Shown here: piece by piece, positions 8,335-16,994 of the stretch
Numbering within the stretch: position 1 is the first letter of the stretch
Layout of the letters: each line of letters opens with the position of its first letter
From: an uncultured virus (IMG/VR IMGVR_UViG_3300025122_005875)
Lineage: Duplodnaviria; Heunggongvirae; Uroviricota; Caudoviricetes
Strand: one strand, 5' to 3'
IMG/VR virus record: IMGVR_UViG_3300025122_005875
Length of the DNA stretch: 20,000 bases
Made by a program: the position numbers and the translations under genes
Notes under the pieces: model-generated
What the model was told of the DNA's origin: nothing
What the model saw: only the letters and a program-made list of their open reading frames with translations
Database searches by the model: none

Positions 8335-9920
8335 TCTTCATCCTTCACTAATTTCCATCCGTTTTTTATAGCATTACGAACTACCAAATCTCTTTCAGGA
8401 TAAAAAATATGATGATTGGCAGCCGAAGAGGTCGCTTTGTCATCTACCCCTAATTCATACCCTTTTAAAGAACTACTTCGAGAAGGGTCCCCTTGTGGAT
8501 GTGGAGGAACATAACTGCCAATACCCCCATATTTTTGAGCCAAATACGCAAACTGAATATCTTCACCGTTTTCCCAAGTTACTGGCTTTTCCGTCCAAAG
8601 ATGTGATAGCCACTCGCGTTTAAAAAACCACGCATGGCCGACGAGATCAACTTTTTTAATTTTGTCATTGTGGCTGGCCCAGCCAAAGCGCTCGTGATCT
8701 GCATAAGAATCGCTGTGTAATTTAACGCCGATACCTCCCAAAATTCCTTCCTGAATCTTCATTGTTTCCATACAATTCTTCAGCCAATTTTCTCCCGGCA
8801 TAGTATCATCATCGAACAGCGCCACATATTCTGTATCTGCCAGCAATGCAGCTGCAAAACGGCCGTAGAATTTCCAGTTATAATCATTATTAAAAACCCG
8901 GTCGACGCCTAGAGTGTTATAGTCAAATCCTGCAGCGTCTTCGTGATAATTGGCCCAAATCCAAATTTGTTTAGGTGCGATAGTCTGATTACGCACACGT
9001 TCTACCTGCTCTTGGAGTAAATGAGTGCGGCGGTAAGCATTCAATATAACTGTTATCCCCGGATTAGAGTCCGCAGGAACAGTCAATAAATCTTCGACTT
9101 TAGAGACAATATTGGCGCGTGCATTTCGCACAAAATGAATTAAATCAGCTCCCTTCAGCTTAAACCATTCTTCGCTGGTTGCGCCCACAAGTTCATTTGT
9201 GTATACTTTACAACCGAGCATGCGAGCTTCTACTACTAATCTACAACAAGTTTCCAAGGTAGTAGGAAAAAAGGCTAGACCTTCACACTCTGCGAGGCGT
9301 TCCATTAATTCATCATAGGGAAGGTCCCCAAATAAATTATATTTTAAATTTCGAGTGGCGCAAAACTCTAACGCCTTAGCAGTATTCTTAATAGGGTTGT
9401 TCGATTTAATTACCGCACAGTCAAACTGTCGATTTGAGGACACAACAGCTTCTATTTTTTGAAGTTGTTCCTCGGTCCACAAGCTGCAGCCTAAATTAAT
9501 AATGTTACATGTAGAAGGAAGATTTTTTCTCATCACTTCAGCATGAATCTTTGTCTGAGCTAAGACCGCCGCGGCGTTTTCATAAAACGAGACATTACGC
9601 AATAAATCTTTAGGTAAAATAAAGTCTTTAAATGGAGACGGATCGCGGGTGGCAGCATACTTATGATCATGCTCAAAAATAAGATATTTTTTAGTTCTTA
9701 GTACCTGTTTACAGTCTTCCGCTAAAGATACAAAATTCGAAATTATATACACTGTATCCGACGCAGAAATCTCTGCGGCGGTTATTTGCTGTGAGCGTAC
9801 TTCTAAAACTGTATGCTGGCGCGATCGTAACTCACTCACCAAAATAGTATTACAAATCTCAGCGCCGCCGGGTACTTTTAAATCGGCAAGGAGAAAATCC
9901 GAAACAAAAGTTATTTCCAT
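8325..9920 (-). CDS. Two-domain glycosyltransferase (N-terminal GT-B/GT4-like, C-terminal GT2-like)
   Basis: N-terminal half has GGAE and FFPTTLETCCRLVVEARMLGC (EX7E-like). C-terminal half has ITVILNAYRR...QT and EYVALFDDDTMPG...GEDI. Confidence 0.8.
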   Translation of the reverse strand: MEITFVSDFLLADLKVPGGAEICNTILVSELRSRQHTVLEVRSQQITAAEISASDTVYIISNFVSLAEDCKQVLRTKKYLIFEHDHKYAATRDPSPFKDFILPKDLLRNVSFYENAAAVLAQTKIHAEVMRKNLPSTCNIINLGCSLWTEEQLQKIEAVVSSNRQFDCAVIKSNNPIKNTAKALEFCATRNLKYNLFGDLPYDELMERLAECEGLAFFPTTLETCCRLVVEARMLGCKVYTNELVGATSEEWFKLKGADLIHFVRNARANIVSKVEDLLTVPADSNPGITVILNAYRRTHLLQEQVERVRNQTIAPKQIWIWANYHEDAAGFDYNTLGVDRVFNNDYNWKFYGRFAAALLADTEYVALFDDDTMPGENWLKNCMETMKIQEGILGGIGVKLHSDSYADHERFGWASHNDKIKKVDLVGHAWFFKREWLSHLWTEKPVTWENGEDIQFAYLAQKYGGIGSYVPPHPQGDPSRSSSLKGYELGVDDKATSSAANHHIFYPERDLVVRNAIKNGWKLVKDEECS

Positions 9921-9921
9921 T

Positions 9922-11190
9922 TTACCTAAACTCTATAACGTTATCCTCAGCAGCTGCGTTGCCCTCCATGGGGCCCCATTGAGGAAGCCAAAAAGACTCG
10001 CAGAAATGAGCTAACATTTTTTCTTCAGCAAAATCACGTAACACCGTCTTTTTAAGCTTCCGCGCCTGGGATTCCAGGATCTGAGGGTTTTCGTAAAACT
10101 CTCGGATTTTCGTTTTATAACTCGTTTCTGATGGGTAGCACCACATCGAATCCTTTTGGAGGACGCCGTCCCATACAGCTCCCTCAGGGACAGCCTGAAT
10201 AGTGTAGTCCACCTTTGATATCATCGGTCGGAGCTTCCCTTTTTTATTTTTAGCTGTCAAAAAATCCGTTTGGCCGCTCCAAAAGGGCGCGATAATAGGG
10301 AGTCCATTATATGCAGCCTCAAATAAGGGAAGACCGAAACCCTCTCCATGAGTTAAAGAAATCATTGCTTTGACCTTATCGTGTTGATAGAGCCACGTCA
10401 TCTCGGAATCATTTAGAGTTCCATGGAGCAAATATATCTTACACTTCCGATTAGGATGCAGTGTATCTAACTTTAACTCTTTTTTTACTTTTGTAGTCAA
10501 ATTCCAATGATCATTAATAGAATCATTCGCAATGTTGGTCTTAACAATAAGACCAACCTCAGTATCATGAAATTCTTCTATAAACCATCGAATAGTGTTC
10601 CCCAAATTTTTTCTGGGGCCCCACTGTGCCACTGTCAAAAAATTAAAATCTGTAGTAAGGTCCAATTCTAATGAACTTGGAGTGTATGTACGTACAGGAT
10701 AGTTAGTAACAGTAACAGGAGTCTCTAGCTTATAGTCATCCACTACCTCGCCTGTTTCTCTGTTCTCCGCGCGGTACCTCGTATGCTGATATACATGTTT
10801 TGCATGGTTCGATACAACCAAAATTGAGTTAACCATGTTGTTCCCTAATTGGATCCACGCCGGGGCAACCTTAGTGGTTTCAATGCCGGCGGTGAAGCCA
10901 ACATTATATTCACACATCTGTTGCCATTCATTGGGAATAGTTACTTGCAGAGAACACATACATTTTTGGCCATTCTGCATGAAGAAATTAGTCTTTTGCT
11001 GTAAGAAATGAACCCAATTAATAAACTCTTCATCATCATATACCTGGCCTGTATGACCCCATGGAACATTAATCAAATATATATCAAATAAATCTTCGCG
11101 ACTACGTAAAGCACGTAGCGCGAAGCGCGTTTGCTCGCCGTATCCAGAGCGAGACAAGGCCGGCCCTCTAACTAATACAGTTTTTCTCAT
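9922..11190 (-). CDS. GT4-family glycosyltransferase
   Basis: SGYGEQTR, FLTVAQWGPRKN and HGEGFGLPLFEAAYNGLPII (EX7E). Confidence 0.9.
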   Translation of the reverse strand: MRKTVLVRGPALSRSGYGEQTRFALRALRSREDLFDIYLINVPWGHTGQVYDDEEFINWVHFLQQKTNFFMQNGQKCMCSLQVTIPNEWQQMCEYNVGFTAGIETTKVAPAWIQLGNNMVNSILVVSNHAKHVYQHTRYRAENRETGEVVDDYKLETPVTVTNYPVRTYTPSSLELDLTTDFNFLTVAQWGPRKNLGNTIRWFIEEFHDTEVGLIVKTNIANDSINDHWNLTTKVKKELKLDTLHPNRKCKIYLLHGTLNDSEMTWLYQHDKVKAMISLTHGEGFGLPLFEAAYNGLPIIAPFWSGQTDFLTAKNKKGKLRPMISKVDYTIQAVPEGAVWDGVLQKDSMWCYPSETSYKTKIREFYENPQILESQARKLKKTVLRDFAEEKMLAHFCESFWLPQWGPMEGNAAAEDNVIEFR

Positions 11191-12440
11191 ACCAACTCTC
11201 CAAACCTATAAGACTTATAATTCTTACGCGTCTCCCAAGAACCACAGGTTTCATGAACATTGGTTAAAACCTCATCCCATTGCTCCGCAAACTTTTCCAT
11301 TGAAAAGCTTTTTAGTGTCCAATTACGGGCGCGTAAACCCAAGGCTCGGCGCTCTTCAGCTGGCATTTGATACATTTTCTCAAGGCCGGCGACAAAATCC
11401 TCCTTCTTAAGTCTATCCTCATAAATATAAGGAACCTGTTGAGAACCAATTATAGCCTTCGATGTAGGTTCGAGGCCTACACCAAAGCTTTCGTTCCCAT
11501 CGGAAATTTGGTCCTGCATACCGCCTGTAAGGGTGACCATAATTGGAGTCCCACAAGACATCGATTCTAGAGTAGCTAAACCAAACCCTTCCGCATCGGA
11601 TATATTCACCGTCAAGTCTGCCATATTATACACCATAGCTAAATCCGGGGCGCCTATCTTATCGCGAGAAAATAAAACTTCGCCATTTGTAAGACCCAAT
11701 TCATCAATAATTGCCTCCAAATCCTGTCCATGCTGGTCCTTTACATCCGTATGCATAATAAGAGTAGCCTTATCATGACCAACCTTGTCTAAAAATTCTT
11801 TAAACCACCAAATCAAAGTTCCCGATTGTTTGCGGCGGGCGTTACGATTATTCCAGAAACAAATAAACTTGCCGTCCAGATTTTTTTCTTTTTTGAAGTT
11901 GGCCACCATGTCTTCTTCATATGGTTTAAAAATGTCAGGATCGACGGCATGAGGAATATAGCTGCTTTCAACCTCCGGAGTAACAGTCTGAACTATATCA
12001 TAGGTAAGTTTCGATATACACGATACATGATCATTAGACAAATACCACGGCCGGTTAAACTTAGGGTAAGGATAATTGTCCCACACATGATAATATACCA
12101 TTGGTACATTGGGTCGAATTTCGTTTTCTATCTGCCATAGCCATCCATAGAAGCGGGGATCTGTCATAAACCATAAAATATCTGGTTTCTGTTGATGAAT
12201 CATCGCTCGCACCATATCCGCCGTACCATAACCATCAACTGGCCAGATTACCCAGTCGTCTCCCCATTGTTCGGTCTTCTGAGGGTCATGATTGGGGTGC
12301 TGCACGGCGCCGCCGAAAGACAGAAATTGATACCTTCCGGTTTTTAGCATGCCTTCGATCATATACTTAGTTTGAGTGCCCACCCCGGATGGCGATAAAG
12401 GGTGATCGCTGATCGTAAAAATTTTAATTTTTTCTGTCAT
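11187..12440 (-). CDS. GT4-family glycosyltransferase
   Basis: SDHPLSPSGVGTQ, IPHAVD...F.P, NRNARRKQ and DAEGFGLATLESMSCGTPI (EX7E). Confidence 0.92.
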   Translation of the reverse strand: MTEKIKIFTISDHPLSPSGVGTQTKYMIEGMLKTGRYQFLSFGGAVQHPNHDPQKTEQWGDDWVIWPVDGYGTADMVRAMIHQQKPDILWFMTDPRFYGWLWQIENEIRPNVPMVYYHVWDNYPYPKFNRPWYLSNDHVSCISKLTYDIVQTVTPEVESSYIPHAVDPDIFKPYEEDMVANFKKEKNLDGKFICFWNNRNARRKQSGTLIWWFKEFLDKVGHDKATLIMHTDVKDQHGQDLEAIIDELGLTNGEVLFSRDKIGAPDLAMVYNMADLTVNISDAEGFGLATLESMSCGTPIMVTLTGGMQDQISDGNESFGVGLEPTSKAIIGSQQVPYIYEDRLKKEDFVAGLEKMYQMPAEERRALGLRARNWTLKSFSMEKFAEQWDEVLTNVHETCGSWETRKNYKSYRFGELV

Positions 12441-12449
12441 GAGTATTCC

Positions 12450-13229
12450 TTATGAACAATGTTCGGTTTTATATAGTTTACACGGATAGGGCTTATGACA
12501 AGCCAGCCGGTTCTTAATCGTGAATCTTTTAGAAATATTATAGATTGCCTGGTAAAGAAGTTTAAGAGCATTCTCTGTTTTTCTGGTACCACTGGTTACC
12601 CTAAAAATTTCTACCCGGTCTTTTTTGGCTGTTCTCTTTAGTAATGCAAAGTGTGTTTCAACGTTTTTTGGATCAATATCGTGTTTCTGACAAAAAAAGT
12701 GTTTATATAGCGTAAGCTGATATGTGACGATTTTTTTAGCTTTCCGTCTCGAGTCCCAGCCCCAAGAACAAGTCTTCCAGTCAAACAAATGATATGTGTC
12801 CCCTACTTTCACCACTGCATCCACAAAGCCTTTAAAATATACATTGAAGTTCTCAATAGGAACATAAAGTTTTTCCTCCGACGAGAAAACTTCATACTCT
12901 CCAAAATACTGTTTTAAAGCATCGTCAACTTCAGCCAGGATTTGTGGGCCGGCAACGCGCATCTGCTGCACATTTTCCTCGTTTATTGCAATGTTTTTTT
13001 CCAAAAGCTCTGATATGTTCTTGGAAAACCCAATTTGAAATAACTTAGTCTCATCGACTTGCTCTTTGAGAAGCTTTTTCTCACAAATATCATGAATTGC
13101 TGTCCCAAAAGCAGTATATTCATTGCCTTCAAAAGTCGCTACTTTTTCTATCCATGTTTTTTTATGATAATGAGGACACGTGGCCCAATCTTTTAATTCC
13201 GAATACGAAATATGTTCTCGTTTAGCCAT
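12450..13229 (-). CDS. PD-(D/E)XK nuclease, Cas4/AddB/RecB-like exonuclease
   Basis: ISYSEL..W..CP, FGTAIH, E, KGFVDAV, FDWKT, YQL.LY and three C-terminal cysteines (CHKPYPCKLYKTEHC). Confidence 0.9.
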   Translation of the reverse strand: MAKREHISYSELKDWATCPHYHKKTWIEKVATFEGNEYTAFGTAIHDICEKKLLKEQVDETKLFQIGFSKNISELLEKNIAINEENVQQMRVAGPQILAEVDDALKQYFGEYEVFSSEEKLYVPIENFNVYFKGFVDAVVKVGDTYHLFDWKTCSWGWDSRRKAKKIVTYQLTLYKHFFCQKHDIDPKNVETHFALLKRTAKKDRVEIFRVTSGTRKTENALKLLYQAIYNISKRFTIKNRLACHKPYPCKLYKTEHCS

Positions 13230-13836
13230 TAACTATTTCTTCAATCTTCCTATACAGGACTGGGCTTACATCTTTTACAACCGCTGCATCGCCCAAATAA
13301 TATTTTTCAAATCCGTTGGCAAAGTATTCTTGCAACGACGTGGCACCATAGGGCGACGCAAAGAGCCCTAATGTAAGAGTAAGAAGCAAAGGATACCCCA
13401 CCTCATCAGCTAAAAATCTATCAAATTTCGGATTATACTCTACTTCTGAATACAATCGTGGGTTTATGTGATAACCCTCAGCGTTTAAAAGATGATATAA
13501 GGTATGACGCTTTGCTAAAAATTCTCGGCGCAGATCTTGGCTAAAGATTTGTTCCGCATACGGAATTTCCAAAGAGTGGGCCAATTCGTGGATAAAGTTT
13601 TCTAACATATCTTCAATAGTGGGTTCAGCCGCTTTCATATAAATAGCACCATCAGTAAAAGCTGCATTTCGATCCAAAAGCTCCTTAAAATTACCAATGT
13701 ACACTACATCGACGTTAGTTAACATCGATGGACGCACATATTTTTCTACCTCGGCGCAGAATTCAGGAATACTCACACCATCTTCCACCTGATCTATTAC
13801 AAAAACAGGTAGATGATAAATATAATATTCCATCAC
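13222..13836 (-). CDS. Zincin metallopeptidase-like protein (ATLF/MtfA-like)
   Basis: FIHELAHSLE (HExxH) plus distal YGATSLQEYFANGFE, a Y....E.FA third-ligand motif. Start is GTG 13836 or ATG 13833. Confidence 0.7.
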   Translation of the reverse strand: MMEYYIYHLPVFVIDQVEDGVSIPEFCAEVEKYVRPSMLTNVDVVYIGNFKELLDRNAAFTDGAIYMKAAEPTIEDMLENFIHELAHSLEIPYAEQIFSQDLRREFLAKRHTLYHLLNAEGYHINPRLYSEVEYNPKFDRFLADEVGYPLLLTLTLGLFASPYGATSLQEYFANGFEKYYLGDAAVVKDVSPVLYRKIEEIVNG

Positions 13837-14117
13837 TCTTCAGCGTTCGAAGTAACCTCAACGCGCGGCTGGACGACCGTATGGTCGGTTCCAGTGACGT
13901 CATCCAACGCCTGCTGGTAACCTCGAAGGAAATTCTCTTCTGCAACCGCGAGAAGAAACTCTGGAAATTCTGCGGCAAATACCGAAACTGCCATGGCCAC
14001 TGTTACGTCGCCATCGGCTGCTTCTTCCTTTTCGCCGATATAATTAACTATCATTTCTTTTAACGGGCTCTCTGCAACAACAGGGAGGGCTAAGGTGGGG
14101 TTTTCTATTTCTTCCAT
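13833..14117 (-). CDS. Acidic hypothetical protein
   Basis: 94-aa ORF filling the gap between neighbours; its stop overlaps the next start. Confidence 0.7.
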   Translation of the reverse strand: MEEIENPTLALPVVAESPLKEMIVNYIGEKEEAADGDVTVAMAVSVFAAEFPEFLLAVAEENFLRGYQQALDDVTGTDHTVVQPRVEVTSNAEE

Positions 14118-14124
14118 TTTTATC

Positions 14125-15441
14125 TCACAAATTCTGAGCGGCGAAGGTAGCGACTTTCGATCGTTCTCCTTTATGAAGAGTTACGTGCGATGCTAATTCG
14201 AAATTTTTAAATTTCTCGACCGCATGTGTTAATCCATTGGAGGTTGCATCGATATAAACATTATCAATTTGTTCGATATCTCCGGTTAACACAATCTTCG
14301 TTCCTTCACCTACTCTAGTTATTATAGTCTTTAATTCATGAGTTGTCAAGTTCTGTGCTTCATCAATTATGATGAAAGCATTTGAGATTGATCGACCACG
14401 AATATAAGTCAATGCTTCTATCTCTATTGTACCCTTTTGTCGGTAAATGTCAAGCGTTAATTTATTATTTCCCATTAAAAACTGTAAATTATCCTGAATA
14501 GGCATCAACCACGGGGACATTTTTTCTTCTAGGGTTCCAGGGAGAAAGCCCAGGTCTTTCCCCAGCGGCTGTACGGGCCGTGAGACGATTACTCGGGAGT
14601 ATTCAGCCTTGGCCTCATCTATAGTCTGTTCGAGGCCTGCAGCGATCGCACAGATCGTCTTACCGCTACCTGCTTTACCTATGGCGGTAACAATTTGTAT
14701 CCGAGGGTCCATGAGAGCATCCATTAAAAATTGTTGCTCTTTATTCCGAGGCTTAATCCCCCAAATCTTTTGGCTTTTTAACAGCTGCCGAATAGGATCC
14801 ACATGATTAATATAACGACCCAGCGCTGTTTTTTTTTCATTGGAGCTGGAAACCATCATTACATATTGATTGGGAACAAGACCGCGATCCTCTAAATATA
14901 CGTTTTGTTTTTCATAAAAACGATCGATTATTTGATCATCAACCAAGACCATTGCACATCCTTCAAAAATATTTTCACTGTTATCAACAACTTGATTATT
15001 CTGAAAGTCCTCAGACGTAAGGCCCACAGCATCTGCAATTACTCTCATATTAATATCGCGAGATACTAATATCACTTTTCGCGCGGATTCTCGCTGTGCC
15101 TTTAGTGCTGTCGCAATAATCAAATGGTCAGGAATCTTTGTATCTAAATCGCGAGGAAGGTCATCAGAAGTAATGCCTGCAGCGCTAATAGACTTAATAA
15201 TACCTTGGCCACGCCGGATTCGTACGCCTTTAGCTAGCGAACCGGCGCTCCGGAGTTCATCCCATAAGCGGATAATCTTTCTTGCTTGTGCGCCGACTGC
15301 ATCTTGACGTTTTTTATGCTTATCAATTTCCTCAAAAACCTTTAAAGGAACGTGAATATCATTATTTTTGAATGCGTAGATACAGTCAGCGTTTGTTAAA
15401 TAGACACTGGTGTCTAAAACATAGATTTTCTTTCGGCTCAT
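14125..15441 (-). CDS. phoH: PIN-PhoH fusion (PhoH2-type RNase/ATPase)
   Basis: PIN domain: YVLDTSV, EEIDKHK, D..II, LVSRDINMR. PhoH domain: GKAGSGKT Walker A, LGFLPG...EK..PW, YIRGRS, IIDEAQN, TGDIEQID and ERS. Start reassigned to MSRKK at 15441, with GAGG upstream. Confidence 0.95.
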   Translation of the reverse strand: MSRKKIYVLDTSVYLTNADCIYAFKNNDIHVPLKVFEEIDKHKKRQDAVGAQARKIIRLWDELRSAGSLAKGVRIRRGQGIIKSISAAGITSDDLPRDLDTKIPDHLIIATALKAQRESARKVILVSRDINMRVIADAVGLTSEDFQNNQVVDNSENIFEGCAMVLVDDQIIDRFYEKQNVYLEDRGLVPNQYVMMVSSSNEKKTALGRYINHVDPIRQLLKSQKIWGIKPRNKEQQFLMDALMDPRIQIVTAIGKAGSGKTICAIAAGLEQTIDEAKAEYSRVIVSRPVQPLGKDLGFLPGTLEEKMSPWLMPIQDNLQFLMGNNKLTLDIYRQKGTIEIEALTYIRGRSISNAFIIIDEAQNLTTHELKTIITRVGEGTKIVLTGDIEQIDNVYIDATSNGLTHAVEKFKNFELASHVTLHKGERSKVATFAAQNL

Positions 15442-15480
15442 AAAGACCCTCTGCTTTATTAAATAGGGGACCCCTTTAAT
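15440..15480. promoter_or_regulatory. Palindrome and hairpin in the phoH leader
   Basis: Palindrome AGGGGACCCCT at 15465-15475, flanked by ATTAA...TTAAT. A second inverted repeat ATAAAG/CTTTAT at 15440-15459 covers part of the start codon. Confidence 0.3.
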
Positions 15481-16006
15481 AGTCACCGTTCTTTGGAACG
15501 TCACCGGCCGAAATGATGGCGATTCTGCTGGGCGTTATCTCCACCCCATCAATCTCTGTGACCCCTACAGAAGGGGAAACCACCCCTGAATCATTAACCA
15601 AGGTGGAAGAGCTTTGAATTTTACTTCCTCCAATTTCCCATAATAGATCTATCCCTAGTTCTTCGCACACATCCATTTCGGGGGTGTTGTTTGTTCTACG
15701 ATCGCCTCCATTAGCAAAAAAAGTGGGATTTATTCTTTTAAGTGCCTCACAAACAGTGCCATCTGTATCATCTACATGGGTTGTTTCACTAACACAGGCG
15801 AATCCTTGCAAAATTTCACAACGCTCAGCAAAGGGCATAAAAATATATCCCTTTTTTCTCATGAGCCATTCATCTGAGTTTACGACTGCAATTACATGAC
15901 CATGTTGAGATGCTTCCTCCATCATTCGCAAATGTCCGATGTGGACCGGATCGAAACCGCCGGAAACACACACGGTGTCATAGGGAGTGCGCGGTAATTT
16001 AGTCAT
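15476..16006 (-). CDS. Cytidylyltransferase-like nucleotidyltransferase (TagD/RfaE/RibL family)
   Basis: VSGGFDPVHIGHL (HIGH motif), VNSD...KKG, ER.EIL, FANGGDR and SSSTLV. Confidence 0.9.
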   Translation of the reverse strand: MTKLPRTPYDTVCVSGGFDPVHIGHLRMMEEASQHGHVIAVVNSDEWLMRKKGYIFMPFAERCEILQGFACVSETTHVDDTDGTVCEALKRINPTFFANGGDRRTNNTPEMDVCEELGIDLLWEIGGSKIQSSSTLVNDSGVVSPSVGVTEIDGVEITPSRIAIISAGDVPKNGDY

Positions 16007-16274
16007 CTTCGGCGGCGCTGTCGGGGCCGCTGACCATATTGTCCGAATTGTCGACTTGAGCGCGTAAAAAGTTACGATCGAGGCTATCTAAAGCTTCTTC
16101 GGCTGCAGCTAATTTAGTTACGGCGCCGGCTAATTCGCTCACTACGTTCGGATGTTCGCTGACGCCCACTGCTGCATTAAGATATAATTCAATGGTTGCT
16201 AAAGATTCTTGGCGGGCGGCCTCGAAACGAGCCAACGTCGCTCGTACGAGCTGATTTCCAATTGGGTTTGTCAT
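15999..16274 (-). CDS. Small helical hypothetical protein, phage-type
   Basis: Start reassigned to MTNPIG at 16274, with AAGGA upstream. IELYLNAAVGVSEHPNVV resembles, from memory and unverified, a small protein of T4-like marine phages (VYL.NP.GIGEH). Confidence 0.65.
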   Translation of the reverse strand: MTNPIGNQLVRATLARFEAARQESLATIELYLNAAVGVSEHPNVVSELAGAVTKLAAAEEALDSLDRNFLRAQVDNSDNMVSGPDSAAEDD

Positions 16275-16311
16275 AATTTTTCCTTTCTTTTCTGCCTGAC
16301 GGCACAAATTA

Positions 16312-16572
16312 TTAATCTTTTTGTAAGTATACTACATTTCCTTCGTGTTTATAAGATTTTATTTCCTCTACCAGTTCTTCGACTTCTTCTATTTCCCATG
16401 GCATTGGTATCATACCGTGATAAGACATCCCTACTTCTAAATAATTTAGTCTATCCCAAGCCCTTTTGCTTACCTCTCTTTGTTCGTTTCGAATGCGCAT
16501 AATAGCCCAAAAACTAATGAAGTTAAGCCCAATGGCCAGGAACGATATAAATAAAGCTAGTTCAACAAGCAT
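16312..16572 (-). CDS. Small membrane protein with N-terminal transmembrane helix
   Basis: Hydrophobic LALFISFLAIGLNFISFWAI followed by a charged tail; fits between its neighbours. Confidence 0.65.
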   Translation of the reverse strand: MLVELALFISFLAIGLNFISFWAIMRIRNEQREVSKRAWDRLNYLEVGMSYHGMIPMPWEIEEVEELVEEIKSYKHEGNVVYLQKD

Positions 16573-16575
16573 AAA

Positions 16576-16983
16576 TTACCATCGATGGTCTCGGCCGGAC
16601 CAATCTTTGAAGCTTTCTTTTCCACCCCGGATCGACCAATCAGAATCAATTGTAAGTTTGGATGATAAGCCGCCGCGGGGGTTAAAATCCATCTCAATTC
16701 GTAAACGGTTGGGTGCATAGACCTCCATCAAATCCTCATAAATGACGTTAATAAGCCTTTCATAAGAAACCAGTATATTACGAAAGCTTTGAAAGTATTT
16801 CTTTAACGATTTCAGCTCTATAATTGTATCTTTGGGATAAAAGACAATCCAAACCGTAGCAAAATCTGGCTGGTCCTTGACTCCAATAAACGTTACCTCA
16901 GGATTTTTAATATTTACTTCATAGCCATCACCCGATGGATTTGGGAGTACCTCCAAAAGTGTCTTTTTACTCCATTGTGCCAT
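16576..16983 (-). CDS. queF: QueF-like unimodular T-fold protein lacking the catalytic cysteine
   Basis: LE.LPNP, PE.T, QPDFA, ELKSLKKYF.SFRN (QueF motif), YE..IN.I..DL and F.PRGG align with type I QueF. The CPxTGQPD segment reads GVKDQPD. The symbol marks family membership only; nitrile reductase activity is doubtful. Confidence 0.85.
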   Translation of the reverse strand: MAQWSKKTLLEVLPNPSGDGYEVNIKNPEVTFIGVKDQPDFATVWIVFYPKDTIIELKSLKKYFQSFRNILVSYERLINVIYEDLMEVYAPNRLRIEMDFNPRGGLSSKLTIDSDWSIRGGKESFKDWSGRDHRW

Positions 16984-16994
16984 ATATTTACTTC

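Noticed and set aside
12450..13229. CRISPR-Cas locus
   Set aside because: Only a Cas4-like nuclease; no cas1/cas2 and no repeat-spacer array seen.
15442..15504. Extended N-termini in the ORF track (phoH; also the sulfotransferase, the 16307 ORF and the pilin)
   Set aside because: Downstream starts have SD sites, mostly avoid overlaps, and match the family N-termini.
16576..16983. Complete 7-deazaguanine DNA modification system, or a selenocysteine QueF
   Set aside because: No dpdA/queC/queD/queE/folE in the window and no in-frame TGA at the catalytic position.
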